From contig CAIQRS010000238.1 in the NCBI GenBank assembly GCA_903874275.1, positions 2,844 to 66,843 of the forward strand: a stretch of 64,000 nt of DNA, read 5' to 3'. The notes beneath the pieces are model-generated. The model did not search any database. It had not been told where the DNA came from and saw only the letters and a list, made by a program, of their open reading frames with translations. The position numbers and the translations under genes were made by a program. Each line of letters starts with the position of its first letter. Within the stretch, counting starts at the first letter, position 1. Origin of the DNA: an uncultured Anaeromyxobacter sp. GTDB lineage: Bacteria > Myxococcota > Myxococcia > Myxococcales > Anaeromyxobacteraceae. Positions 49,150-58,764 of the stretch are shown one piece after another.

Positions 49150-50100
49150 ATGGCATTCCAGGGATTCGCCAGGGTCTGGACCCCGTTGCTTCCTTCACGG
49201 TCCGTGACGAACGGTCCGGTCGGCGTCAAGGTCGCGGGCGAGAAGGTCGTCCTCTTCCGGGGAAGGGACGGGAAGGCCGCCGCGCTGGTCGATCGCTGCC
49301 CCCACCGGGGCGTCGAGCTCTCCCTCGGCTCGGTCGGGGACGACGGCTGCATCGCCTGCCCGTTCCACGGCTGGCGCTTCGGCGCCGACGGAACGGCCCG
49401 CGGCGTCCCGCTCAACCCCGACGCCAAGCTGGAGCGGCTCGGGGCCACCCCGCTCCCGGTGCGGGAGATCGGCGAGCTGCTCTGGATCTACACCGCGCCC
49501 GGGACGGAGGCGCCGTCGGAGCCCGTGCCGCCCGAGGCGCTCGTCGATCCCGGATTGCGGCGCACCTACCTCGAGACCACCTGGCGCTGCCACTGGACCC
49601 GGGCCATGGAGAACATGCTCGACACGCCGCACCTGCCCTTCGTGCACCGGCGCTCCATCGGCCGGTCGATGGCGCGACGGATGACCCCGTCGTCGCGCAT
49701 GGAGATCACCTGGGAGGAGATGCCGTGGGGGAGCCGCCAGGGATTCCGCCTCGACGGGAAGGGAAACCTCGCCTACCTCGATTTTCACCGTCCGAACATG
49801 ATGGCGCTCCACATCCCGCTTCCCGGGAGGCGCTTCCACATGCACGCGCTCGTCGTCCCGGTGGACGACCGCACCACGCGCCTCATCGTGGCGAGCGCGC
49901 GCGACTTCGCGACCCTGGCGCCCCTGGACGTCATCTTCGATCGGATCAACGCGCGGGTGGCCGGCGAGGACCAGGTGGTGGTCGAGACCTCGGATCCGGT
50001 GGAGGTTCCCCCTGCCGGGCAGGAGGTGTCTGTCGCGACCGACCGGGCCACGCTTCACTTCCGCAAGTACTACCAGGAGGAGTTGCGGGGGTCCGCGTAG
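49150..50100 (+). CDS. Rieske [2Fe-2S] oxygenase
   Basis: CPHRGVELSLG..(17)..CPFHGWRF, followed by a non-haem-iron catalytic-domain-like region. Confidence 0.85.
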   Translation: MAFQGFARVWTPLLPSRSVTNGPVGVKVAGEKVVLFRGRDGKAAALVDRCPHRGVELSLGSVGDDGCIACPFHGWRFGADGTARGVPLNPDAKLERLGATPLPVREIGELLWIYTAPGTEAPSEPVPPEALVDPGLRRTYLETTWRCHWTRAMENMLDTPHLPFVHRRSIGRSMARRMTPSSRMEITWEEMPWGSRQGFRLDGKGNLAYLDFHRPNMMALHIPLPGRRFHMHALVVPVDDRTTRLIVASARDFATLAPLDVIFDRINARVAGEDQVVVETSDPVEVPPAGQEVSVATDRATLHFRKYYQEELRGSA

Positions 50101-50169
50101 CCGGTCCGCGCCGGGGCCACGCCCCGACGGGCCGCAGGGGACGGGACGGTCGGGAGGTAGAGTCGGCAG

Positions 50170-51066
50170 GTGGACTGGCTTCTCGGCAACCCCGCGGCGA
50201 TGCGCCTCATCGCGTTCCTGGCCCATGCGCTCTTCCCGGCCGTGGTCTTCGCCATCGGCACGACGCTCACGTTCCGGGAGGTGGCCCACCAGTTCCGCAG
50301 GACCGGCCTGCTGCTGCGGACCCTCGTCGTCGCCTGCGTCCTCGTCCCGCTCGCCACCGCGGCCGTGGTGAAGCTCCTTCACGTGCCGCTCCTCCTCGGC
50401 GGCGTGATGCTCATCGCCTCGGTGGCGCCGGGAGACCCGTTCGACCTGGTGGAGGCGAAGGGAAAGAAGGGGAACCTGGCGCTCGCCTCGGTCCTCTTTC
50501 CCCTGCTCGTGCTGGTGATGCCCTTCACCGTTCCGGTGTGGCTTGGGCTCTTCAGCCGCTGGTTCCCGCTCCACCTGGCGGTCTCGCCGCCGGCGATCTT
50601 CCTGGAGATCGCCCCCTACACGCTTCTCCCGCTCCTCCTCGGGCTGGCCTGCCGGGCGTGGATCCCGTCGGGGGCGCGGGCGCTGGCCCGGGTGGCGGAC
50701 GGATTCGCCCGGTTCGCGCTGGTGGCCCTCCTCGCCGCCTTCCTCTGGCCGGCCCTCACCACCCTGGCCAGGTTCGACGCGCCCTCCTTCGCCGCCATCT
50801 TCCTCTCCGTCACCTTCTCGCTCTGGGCGGGCTACCGGGCCGGTGGCCCCGACCGGCAGGACGGCATCAGCATGGGGGTGACGGCCGCCCTGGGCAACCT
50901 GGCCGCCATCGTGCTCGTCACCCATGCCTGCTATCCAGGCGTGCACGTCTGGAACACCGCGCTCGGCTACGTCGTCGTGCGGTGGGTCGTGTTCAAGGGC
51001 TGGTACCTGTTCCTGCGCCGCCGGATGGCGAGCCGCGCCACTCCATCTCGAGCTACGGGGGGGTGA
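50170..51066 (+). CDS. bile acid:sodium symporter (BASS/SBF)-like transporter
   Basis: Polytopic, 298 aa. AIGTTLTFREVAHQFRRTGLLLRTLVVACVLVPL is SBF-like. It is the full-length parent of the fragment at 8690..9273. Confidence 0.75.
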   Translation: MDWLLGNPAAMRLIAFLAHALFPAVVFAIGTTLTFREVAHQFRRTGLLLRTLVVACVLVPLATAAVVKLLHVPLLLGGVMLIASVAPGDPFDLVEAKGKKGNLALASVLFPLLVLVMPFTVPVWLGLFSRWFPLHLAVSPPAIFLEIAPYTLLPLLLGLACRAWIPSGARALARVADGFARFALVALLAAFLWPALTTLARFDAPSFAAIFLSVTFSLWAGYRAGGPDRQDGISMGVTAALGNLAAIVLVTHACYPGVHVWNTALGYVVVRWVVFKGWYLFLRRRMASRATPSRATGG

Positions 51067-52765
51067 GCCGCCCGCCGACCCAGGTGGAGACGAGGGCCGG
51101 GTAGGTCGCCGACAGCGCCTCCGGCGCGATCCCGTACAGGTCCTCCTCGTACACCACCATGTCGGCCTTGTAGCCGACGTGGAGCATCCCGACGTCCCGT
51201 TGCCCGGTCGTCCGCGCGCTCCCGACGGTGAGCCCCTGGACGACGTCCTGCACGGTGACCGGCGGGTGGTGGGCGGCGTAGGACCCGCCCGTCGCGGCGA
51301 CTCCCATGATCTTGGTGGGGTTCACCAGCTCGATGGGCGAGACCGCGAAGTCGGTGCTGATCCCCACCGACACGCCGCTGTCGATGAGCGACTTGAGCGG
51401 GTAGGCGTCGAGCGCGCGATCGCCGTAGTACTGGGTCGTGTCCGCCTCCACCTCCCAGAACCCGGGCTGCGTGGTCGCGACCACGTGCCGGCCGCCGGCC
51501 CGCGCGTTCACGGAGAGCAGGTGATCGACGAGCTCCGGGGTCGGGTAGGCGAGGTGGATCAGGGTGTGGATTCCCCGCAGCCTTCCGGTGGAATCCAGGA
51601 CGCGCGCGAGCGCGTCGAGGACGGCCTTGATCGCCAGGTCACCCTGCGCGTGGTAGTGCATGTCGAGGCCGAGCTCCTCGGCGCGGGCCACGATGCGATT
51701 GAGGTTCAGCTCGGGCGCGTGGGCGTCGTCCGTCGTGATCTGGGGCAGGCCGTGGCTTCCGGCGGGGAGGGTGTGCGGCCACGAGGTCCAGGCCTGCCCG
51801 CCCGCGAAGGCGCCATCTACGAAGATCTTCCCGCCCACGAAGCGGACCAGGTCGGTGTCCTGGCCCACGAAGCCGGCCGCCACCTCGACGTCGGCGAGCG
51901 ACAGGAGCGTGTGGCAGTAGTGGACCCGCAGCGGGAGCTTCCCCTCCTGCTCGAGCTCCCGGAGCAGCCGGGGGCGCATGAGCTGCAGGCCCGTCGCGCC
52001 CATCAGGTCCACGAGGCCGGTGTACCCGCGCCGCGCCCACTGCGCGGCCAGCGCGGCGGTGCCGGCCTTCACGGAGGCGTCGTCGAACTCGGCGAAGGCG
52101 TCGGTGGCCACGAGGTTCATGGCCGCCTCGCGGAACATGCCGGTGGCCTTGCCGTCCTGGCGCACCACCGTCCCCCCGTAGGGGACGGGCTTCCGGTCGG
52201 CGTCGAACTTCCGCATCGCGAAGCCGTTCACGACGCAGTTGTGCCCGAGCCGGTCGAAGACGATGGCCACGCGCCCGGGCTCCACGGCGTCGATCTCCGC
52301 GAGGTCGTCGAGCGACCAGGCGTCGTAGTCGGGCGGGTTCACGCCGAAGGCGAGCAGGGCCTTCGCGCCCGGGTGCTTCTCCGCCAGGGCCACGAGACCC
52401 GCCGCCACCTCCCGGCCGTTCCGCGGCGCCGGCCGGATCTCGCCTCCCACCACCAGCATGGTCCCCGTCTCCATGAGGTGCATGTGGCTGTCGGTGAAGC
52501 CCGGGTAGGCGACCGCACCACCCAGATCGACCACCGCCGCCCCCGGCCAGGCCGACGGGTCCACGTCCAGGGCGACGACCGTCCCGCCCTGCACGACGAG
52601 GTTCCGGGCCGTGGTCGCGGCATCGACGTAGATCGTCCCGCCCGTGAAGAGGGTCACCGGGGCTCCGTCGCCGGTGGCGCCGCAGCCACCGAGCACCGGG
52701 AGCACCCCGGCGGCGAGCCCGGCGGTCGCGGAAGCCTTCAGGAACTGCCGGCGCGTGATCGACAT
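51053..52765 (-). CDS. Tat-exported amidohydrolase-family protein
   Basis: MSITRRQFLKASATAGLAAG twin-arginine signal. GFTDSHMHL metal motif. 570 aa, amidohydrolase_3-like. Confidence 0.85.
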   Translation of the reverse strand: MSITRRQFLKASATAGLAAGVLPVLGGCGATGDGAPVTLFTGGTIYVDAATTARNLVVQGGTVVALDVDPSAWPGAAVVDLGGAVAYPGFTDSHMHLMETGTMLVVGGEIRPAPRNGREVAAGLVALAEKHPGAKALLAFGVNPPDYDAWSLDDLAEIDAVEPGRVAIVFDRLGHNCVVNGFAMRKFDADRKPVPYGGTVVRQDGKATGMFREAAMNLVATDAFAEFDDASVKAGTAALAAQWARRGYTGLVDLMGATGLQLMRPRLLRELEQEGKLPLRVHYCHTLLSLADVEVAAGFVGQDTDLVRFVGGKIFVDGAFAGGQAWTSWPHTLPAGSHGLPQITTDDAHAPELNLNRIVARAEELGLDMHYHAQGDLAIKAVLDALARVLDSTGRLRGIHTLIHLAYPTPELVDHLLSVNARAGGRHVVATTQPGFWEVEADTTQYYGDRALDAYPLKSLIDSGVSVGISTDFAVSPIELVNPTKIMGVAATGGSYAAHHPPVTVQDVVQGLTVGSARTTGQRDVGMLHVGYKADMVVYEEDLYGIAPEALSATYPALVSTWVGGRLTPP

Positions 52766-52799
52766 GGAGCCTCCTCGATCGATGGTACTGCACCGACCT

Positions 52800-54020
52800 T
52801 CAAGCGCCCGGCCCTGATGGGTCCCGCATGTTCCCGAACCCTGGGATGAGGGGGAGGTCGAGGGTGGAGACGAGCCCCGGCCCGGCCGCGCACACGGCAG
52901 GGATCGCGTGGACGGCCCTCATCCCGGTGGCCAGGCACCCGGCGCGGTTGGCGTCCCGGGTGGCCGCGTCGCGCAGCGCCGTCTCCTGCTCGATGCACGG
53001 CTCGCCGTCCACGATGACCCGGTACACGTCGTGCTCGTACATCTTCCCCTTCGGCCAGTGGGGCGCCGCCGCCTTGGTCACGCGGTTGCAGTGCTCGAGG
53101 ACGATGCGCGGCTCGCCTCCGACCCAGCCCCGGATCTCGAAGCGGACCGCCGCGCAGCAACCGGCCGGGATCACGCCGTGCTCGTAGCGGATCTCCTCCG
53201 GGGTGGCCCACTTCTCCCAGGTCGAGTCCACCTTCTCGAGCCGCACGCCCAGGGCGTCGGCGATCATGGGGACCGTCATGCCCCACCCGAACTGCAGCAC
53301 CTCGGGCTCCTCGAGGATGGCTCGGTACTCCATCGGCTGCCCCAGTCCCATGGGCTTGTAGTCGCCGGCGTAGGACGCGTAGTCGAGGATCTCCTGGACC
53401 CGCACCCGGTCCACCCGCCCGCAGACGCCCATGAGCGTCATGGGGAGGAGGTCGTTGGCGAAGCCGGGGTCGATGCCCGTCGTGAAGCAGGTGCGGCCGG
53501 TGCGCAGGCAGACCTCCTGGAGCGTGCCGGCGATGGCGGTGGGGCACTCCTTGGGGTAGACGAGCGGCGTCAGCGACGTGGAGACGACGTCCTTGCCCAT
53601 CTCCATGGCGAGCGTGAGGTTGGAGAGGTTCTCGGCCAGGTACTGCGCCGTCGGGCCGAAGTAGGCCACCGCGTGCGCCTCCCGCGAGAGCACCGCGCGG
53701 GCATCCCGCGAGGCCGCGAGCCCCACCGGCGCCACCCCGCACAGCGTGCCCACGTCCACCCCGTCCTTCTCCGGGGAGTTCACGATGACGCCCGTGAGCT
53801 CGAAGCGGGGGTGGTCGAGCAGCATCCGCACCACCTGCCGGCCCACGAAGCCCGTTCCCCAGACGATGACCTTGAAGCGCTTGCCGTCGCCGACGAGCAC
53901 CTTCTCGCGGCCGCCCGCGAAGCCCTTCCCCGACTTCAGCAAGAGGAGGAAGCCGAGGAGCTGCGCCTGCCGATCCAGCACGCGGGTCTTCCACGAACGG
54001 AGGCCTTCGAGCACGTTCAC
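52800..54020 (-). CDS. NAD(P)-binding dihydrodipicolinate-reductase-like / amine dehydrogenase-family protein
   Basis: FKVIVWGTGFVGRQVV Rossmann motif. The true start is probably internal to the ORF. Confidence 0.7.
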   Translation of the reverse strand: MNVLEGLRSWKTRVLDRQAQLLGFLLLLKSGKGFAGGREKVLVGDGKRFKVIVWGTGFVGRQVVRMLLDHPRFELTGVIVNSPEKDGVDVGTLCGVAPVGLAASRDARAVLSREAHAVAYFGPTAQYLAENLSNLTLAMEMGKDVVSTSLTPLVYPKECPTAIAGTLQEVCLRTGRTCFTTGIDPGFANDLLPMTLMGVCGRVDRVRVQEILDYASYAGDYKPMGLGQPMEYRAILEEPEVLQFGWGMTVPMIADALGVRLEKVDSTWEKWATPEEIRYEHGVIPAGCCAAVRFEIRGWVGGEPRIVLEHCNRVTKAAAPHWPKGKMYEHDVYRVIVDGEPCIEQETALRDAATRDANRAGCLATGMRAVHAIPAVCAAGPGLVSTLDLPLIPGFGNMRDPSGPGA

Positions 54021-54033
54021 GCTCCTTCGGCGT

Positions 54034-55083
54034 TCAGGGGTGGGCTGCCGGCCACGATTGTAGCCGGATGCCGCGTGCGGCGAGCAGCTCGAGGCTCTGC
54101 CGCCAGAGCCGCTCGCCGTTCCGCGGATCGGAGGATCGCGCGTCGGTCTCGGCGACGTGGCGAAGGTAGAGGTAGAGGCGGCTCCGGCCTTCCAGCGTCC
54201 GGCTGGCGGCGCAGTGGATGGCCGGCCACATCGCCACCTTCGGATCCATGAAGTAGGCGGTCATGAGCTTTCCCATGAATCCCCCCTCGCGGGAGATGCT
54301 GGTCCGGACGGCGCCCGGGCAATACGAGAAGACCGACACGTCGGGCGTGCCGTCCGCCCGGACGAGCCGCCGGCCCAGCTCGCAGGCGAAGGTCTGCACG
54401 TACAGCTTGCTGTGGCCGTACCAGGTCGTGCCCTCCATGAGACCGAAGTCCGGGAACTGCCCGAACCGTTCGAAGTCGATGGGCGGGCAGCTCCGGTGGG
54501 TCTCGGAGGAGGTGATCACGACGCGCGGCACCCCCCGCACCGGGCCGCCGTCCGGCGCCGTCCCCGGAGCCGCGAAGGTCTGGGAGGGGATCACGCCGTC
54601 GGCGAGGAGCCGGTTCACGAGCAGGAAGCTGCCCAGGAAGTTGACCTGGAAGAGCTCGGGCAGGCCGTCGCGGGTGAGCCGGTTGCCGAGCGGCGCGATG
54701 CCGGCGTTGCTGACGAGGAGGTCGAGCCGCAGCCCGTCGCGCGCGAGGCCGTCGCAGAGCGCGGTCACGCTGGCGAGATCGGCCAGGTCGAGCGGGCGCT
54801 GCGTGACGTCCCGGTTGCCGCTCTCTCGCCCGACCGCCTCGGCGAGCCCCTCGTGCCCCGCGCGGCAGGCCAGGATGACGCGGCAGCCTCGCCGCGCCAG
54901 TTCCGGCGCGATGGCGCGCCCCAGCCCCGCGCTCGGACCGGTGACCAGGCAGGTCTTCCCGTCCAACCGGTCGGCCTCGGTGAGCGGCGGCAGCGTGTTT
55001 CGCTCGCGGTAGTGGTCGAGGACGGCCCGGAGCCCCGAGAGGATGGGGTCGATCCGGCCTGGACTCCGAGATCCGGGGGGCAT
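54034..55083 (-). CDS. SDR-family oxidoreductase
   Basis: KTCLVTGPSAGLGRAIA (TGxxxGxG), LVSNAG, YGHSK. ATG at 55083 within the long ORF 54034..56235. Confidence 0.8.
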   Translation of the reverse strand: MPPGSRSPGRIDPILSGLRAVLDHYRERNTLPPLTEADRLDGKTCLVTGPSAGLGRAIAPELARRGCRVILACRAGHEGLAEAVGRESGNRDVTQRPLDLADLASVTALCDGLARDGLRLDLLVSNAGIAPLGNRLTRDGLPELFQVNFLGSFLLVNRLLADGVIPSQTFAAPGTAPDGGPVRGVPRVVITSSETHRSCPPIDFERFGQFPDFGLMEGTTWYGHSKLYVQTFACELGRRLVRADGTPDVSVFSYCPGAVRTSISREGGFMGKLMTAYFMDPKVAMWPAIHCAASRTLEGRSRLYLYLRHVAETDARSSDPRNGERLWRQSLELLAARGIRLQSWPAAHP

Positions 55084-55143
55084 GGGTGGGGACCTTAACC
55101 CAGGCGATCGCGGTGGAACACGGGGAGTGCGGAAAACCCGACC

Positions 55144-55662
55144 GTGCCCGCCCTGGAACGCGTTACGATTTCGGCCATGGACCTGGCGAACTGGCTGTCG
55201 GTCTTCAAGGCGCTGCACGAGAGGGCGAAGCTCGGCGTGCTCGACTCCGCCGAGGAGCAGGACTACAAGGCCGGCCGCGAGGAGCTGGCCCGGGCGCTCG
55301 TGGCCGCGCAGGGACTCACCCGGAGGCCGGATCAGTCTCCCCGGATGGCGCTGCGGGTGGCCCGGGCGCTCCAGGTCGATCTGGAGTCCCGGGTGCGGAT
55401 GGAGCGGCTCACCACGTCCGACCTCTCGCTGGGCGGCTTCTCCGCGCGGATGGCGCGCGCCCCCGGGTCGGACGAGGAGTTGACGGTCACGCTGCGGCTC
55501 CCGGAGACCGATCCGCTCAAGGGGTCGGTGACCATCGCCGGGGTGAAGCCGCAGCCCGGCAACGTCCTGGTGTCGTTCGGCTTCCAGAAGCTCGAGCCCA
55601 AGGCGGCCGAGCGGCTCGAGCTGGCCATCTTCGACATGGTGCTCGCCCAGCTGGGCAGGTAG
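55144..55662 (+). CDS. PilZ-domain protein
   Basis: The RMALR (RxxxR) and DLSLGG (D/NxSxxG) c-di-GMP-binding motifs are at canonical spacing. Confidence 0.8.
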   Translation: MPALERVTISAMDLANWLSVFKALHERAKLGVLDSAEEQDYKAGREELARALVAAQGLTRRPDQSPRMALRVARALQVDLESRVRMERLTTSDLSLGGFSARMARAPGSDEELTVTLRLPETDPLKGSVTIAGVKPQPGNVLVSFGFQKLEPKAAERLELAIFDMVLAQLGR

Positions 55663-55674
55663 CGGGTCGCACGC

Positions 55675-55800
55675 CCCATCCGGGTTCGGGTGTTTTCCGG
55701 AAGGCGGGTCGGGATTCAAAGCCCGTCCGCTCGGGAGCTCTCCCAATATCGGCGGGCCGTGCGAAGGAGCACACTCCTCTTCAGAAAGGGAGAACGGACC
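55675..55800 (+). promoter_or_regulatory. conserved leader/promoter region shared with 35116..35241
   Basis: Same four conserved blocks and identical length to the start codon. It begins 13 nt after the PilZ stop. Confidence 0.5.
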
Positions 55801-56220
55801 ATGAAGACCATCAACGGCGGAACGGCAGTGAAGGGCGGCTACTACCTCTCGAAGAGCAACTGGGAGATCTTCCCCGTCGCCAACGACGGCGAGAAGCTCC
55901 CCGGCGCCGCATCCGAGCACTACGTGCACGTCCCCACCGCGGCGGCACTCGCGCTGATGCCCGTGCTCGGCGGCCTGATGGTGGTCTTCCTCCCCTTCAT
56001 CGGCATGTACCTGACCGCGAAGGCCGTGGCTCGCCCCGTCGCCGGAATGTTCGGCCGGTCCGCCCAGGACCTGGGCGCGACCATCACCCCCGGATGGGCC
56101 CCGGGCGCCGCGCACCTCACCGGCAAGGCCACCGGCGAGAAGGCTGCCGAGGAGGCCAAGGCCGAAGACCCGAAGCTCGCCGAGCTCGCCCGGGAAGTGG
56201 AGGAGAAGCGCAAGTCGTAG
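55801..56220 (+). CDS. small single-pass membrane protein, paralog B
   Basis: MKTINGGTAVKGGYYLSKSNWEIFP..LALMPVLGGLMVVFLPFIGMYLTA.. Paralog of 35242..35661. Confidence 0.75.
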   Translation: MKTINGGTAVKGGYYLSKSNWEIFPVANDGEKLPGAASEHYVHVPTAAALALMPVLGGLMVVFLPFIGMYLTAKAVARPVAGMFGRSAQDLGATITPGWAPGAAHLTGKATGEKAAEEAKAEDPKLAELAREVEEKRKS

Positions 56221-56289
56221 GGCGGCGGGTGTCACAGAAGTGCTTCCGGCTCGTCTCTACCTCCACAGTCCGGTTCGCGTGGAGGCGAC

Positions 56290-56520
56290 GTGGCGAAATT
56301 CAGCGTGGGCCACTCGACCGTCAGGGTGTGGAAGGGGCGCCGCTACTGGTCGGTGACCGTAGATGGAACCCCGGTCGGGGGTAGGCACATGACCGAGGCG
56401 CAGGCCGCCGGGGCGGGGCTGCTCTGGGCGCTGGGGGTGCGCGAGGTGAATGTGCGGTCCCCCGTCCGAGAGATCGACGGCGACGGGACGGCGGCGAAGT
56501 ACGTTGCCGGGCTGAGGTAG
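56290..56520 (+). CDS. hypothetical small protein
   Basis: 76-aa ORF, not R/P-biased (KFSVGHSTVRVWKGRRYWSVTVDGTPVGG..). No family recognised. Confidence 0.4.
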   Translation: MAKFSVGHSTVRVWKGRRYWSVTVDGTPVGGRHMTEAQAAGAGLLWALGVREVNVRSPVREIDGDGTAAKYVAGLR

Positions 56521-56528
56521 CGCGCCGG

Positions 56529-56951
56529 TCAGCGGAGCAGCGCGACGGCCAGGAGGGCGACTCCCATCGCCGATCCGGCGGCCCCGACCGCGTGTCCCAG
56601 GAAGAACAACGTGTTCCACCCGGGTGGCCAGGGGACGAGCCCACGCCGCCCCGCCGCCGCCCCGACGCCGAGGGCGAAGACGAAGGCCCACGCCGAGAGC
56701 ACGAGCGACCAGGCCAGCGCCTCGCTCAACCCCCTCCCGACCGGGAGGGTGGGCAGGAGGATCCCCGCGACGAGGAGCAGGAGGCCATCGGCGAGCAGGG
56801 TGGCGTGGGCCACGCGCCAGGCTCGGGTCCGCTCCGGCCCCCACCCCAGCACGATGGCGAGGAAGAAGGGGACGCCGCAGAGCACGCCGGCGCCGAGCAC
56901 CAGCGCGCCGTGCTGGAGGAGGAGCCGGGCAGGGTCGAGGTTCATGGTCAT
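56529..56951 (-). CDS. integral membrane protein (4 TM)
   Basis: MTMNLDPARLLLQHGALVLGAGVLCGVPFFLAIVLG... Its start overlaps the stop of the upstream M28 gene (ATGA). Confidence 0.65.
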   Translation of the reverse strand: MTMNLDPARLLLQHGALVLGAGVLCGVPFFLAIVLGWGPERTRAWRVAHATLLADGLLLLVAGILLPTLPVGRGLSEALAWSLVLSAWAFVFALGVGAAAGRRGLVPWPPGWNTLFFLGHAVGAAGSAMGVALLAVALLR

Positions 56952-57970
56952 CGCTCCACGGTCGCGAGCTCCAGGATCGAACCCTGCATGCCGAGGGCGA
57001 TGCGGGCCAGGGCCCGGTAGTCGAGCTTCTCCGGCGTGTCGCCCGGCAGGGTGTGGAACGGGGAGCGGAAGCCTCCGGTGTCGGTGACCTGGATGGCCGG
57101 GTAGCCGAACTTCCAGAAGGAGGCGTGGTCCGACCAGGTCGCGCCGTCCACCCACTCCGGCGAGAGGCCGGCCTCGATGGGAAAGGCGCTCCCCTTGTGA
57201 AACCCCCGCGTCGCGGCGGTCACCGCGCCGCGCGAGCCGAAGTTGCCGATGAAGGCGAGGAAGTCGCCGCGGTCCGGGTAGATCCACGAGAACGGGATGG
57301 GGAGGCGCTGGCTGCCCGGCTCGTGGAGGTAGTACCCGATCGAGTCCAGGGAGATCATGGCCCGGATGTCCTCGCCGCGCTCGCGGGAGCGGCGGGCGTA
57401 GTGCAGGCTCCCCATGTCGGCCGTCCCGAACCAGGGGTCCTCCTCGGTCGTGAAGGTGACCAGGCGGACGGTCCGGTCGGGGGCGGCGCCGCGGAGCAGC
57501 GCGGCCAGCTGGAGGAGGACCGCCTCGCCGCTCGCGTTGTTGTTCGCCCCCGGTGAACCAGGCAGCGTGTCGTGCTGGGCCGAGACGATGACGATCTCCG
57601 AGGGGGCCGTCCTTCCCCGGATCTCGACCTCGAGGTTGGAGACCTTCCGCCCGTCCACCACCAGGACCTGCTCGGCGACGCGGAAGCCGAGCGCCTCGAG
57701 GCGCCCGCGGATCCATTCGCCGGCTCGCGTCAGCGCCTGGTGGCGCGTGTCGTCCCGGAGGTTCCGCTCCCCGATCTCCACGGAGAGGAAGTGGACGTCG
57801 TCGCGGATCTCCCGCTCCATCCGGGGAAGCTCGGCGGCGCGCCGGACCTCGGCCGGCTCACCCGCCCACCTTCCCTCGCAGCGCACCGCGTACCAGGACA
57901 CGCCACCGATCCCCACGGCCAGGAGCCCGACCGCGAACGCCAACCGGCTCCAGCGCTTGCTAGTCCTCAT
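56948..57970 (-). CDS. M28-family peptidase with N-terminal membrane anchor
   Basis: MRTSKRWSRLAFAVGLLAVGIGG anchor. VIVSAQHDT..GANNNASGEAVLLQLA..FTTEEDPWFG..ISLDSIG. Confidence 0.8.
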   Translation of the reverse strand: MRTSKRWSRLAFAVGLLAVGIGGVSWYAVRCEGRWAGEPAEVRRAAELPRMEREIRDDVHFLSVEIGERNLRDDTRHQALTRAGEWIRGRLEALGFRVAEQVLVVDGRKVSNLEVEIRGRTAPSEIVIVSAQHDTLPGSPGANNNASGEAVLLQLAALLRGAAPDRTVRLVTFTTEEDPWFGTADMGSLHYARRSRERGEDIRAMISLDSIGYYLHEPGSQRLPIPFSWIYPDRGDFLAFIGNFGSRGAVTAATRGFHKGSAFPIEAGLSPEWVDGATWSDHASFWKFGYPAIQVTDTGGFRSPFHTLPGDTPEKLDYRALARIALGMQGSILELATVER

Positions 57971-58757
57971 CGGGAAGCCTCCAGAACAGGTTTCGCAGGA
58001 TCCGCACCCGCAGTGCGGACGGGAGGAGCGGCGCGGCGACCGCGCCCAGGCGGGCGGACAGGTCGGAGAAGCGCCATCGGCGACCGCTGGCGATGCCATC
58101 GGCGATCTGCCGGGCCACCCGTTCCGGGGAGCCCAGCATGTGGGCGGGCACCCGGCTCACGTCCATGCCCGCAGCGTCCATGAAGCCGGTGCGTGTGAAC
58201 CCGGGGAAGAACACCATGACCCGGACCCGCGTGCCGAGGAGCTCGCAGGCCAGCGATTCGCCCAGGCTCGCCAGGTACCCCTTGGCGGCCCCGTAGGCGG
58301 CGAGGCCGGGGTAGGGGAGCCGGGCGATCCCGGAACTGATGATGGCGACGCGCCCCTCCGGCCGGGCGAGCAGGAGGGGCAACAGCGCGCGCAGCAGGTG
58401 CGTGGGCGCGTCCACGTTGAGCGCGATGGTCCGACGGAGGTCCTCCCACGGCGCGGCGGTGAACCGGGAGAACCGCCCGCCGCCGGCGTTGCTCACCACC
58501 ACGTCGAGCGGGTCGGCGCGGGAGCGGAGCCAGGCGAGGAGGTCGTCCCGGCCCGCGACGTCGGAGAGGTCGGCCGCGCGGACCTCCACGTGCCCCCCGT
58601 GCCGGGCCTCGATCTCGGCGGCGACCCCCGCGAGCTGCGCCTCCTCGAGCGCGGTGAGGACGAGCCGGGAGCCACGCCCCGCCAGCTCGAGGGCCAGCGC
58701 CCGCCCGATCCCGCTCGAGGCGCCGGTGACGAGGACGAATTTCCCGGCGAGGTCCAT
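57960..58757 (-). CDS. SDR-family oxidoreductase
   Basis: KFVLVTGASSGIGRALA, VVSNAG, YGAAK. Confidence 0.85.
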   Translation of the reverse strand: MDLAGKFVLVTGASSGIGRALALELAGRGSRLVLTALEEAQLAGVAAEIEARHGGHVEVRAADLSDVAGRDDLLAWLRSRADPLDVVVSNAGGGRFSRFTAAPWEDLRRTIALNVDAPTHLLRALLPLLLARPEGRVAIISSGIARLPYPGLAAYGAAKGYLASLGESLACELLGTRVRVMVFFPGFTRTGFMDAAGMDVSRVPAHMLGSPERVARQIADGIASGRRWRFSDLSARLGAVAAPLLPSALRVRILRNLFWRLPDED

Positions 58758-58764
58758 GGCCGCC

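Noticed and set aside
55675-55800. A c-di-GMP riboswitch in the leader next to the PilZ gene.
   Set aside because: I could not recognise GEMM-I/II consensus elements or a consistent covarying fold between the two copies. Only an SD/anti-SD hairpin is apparent.
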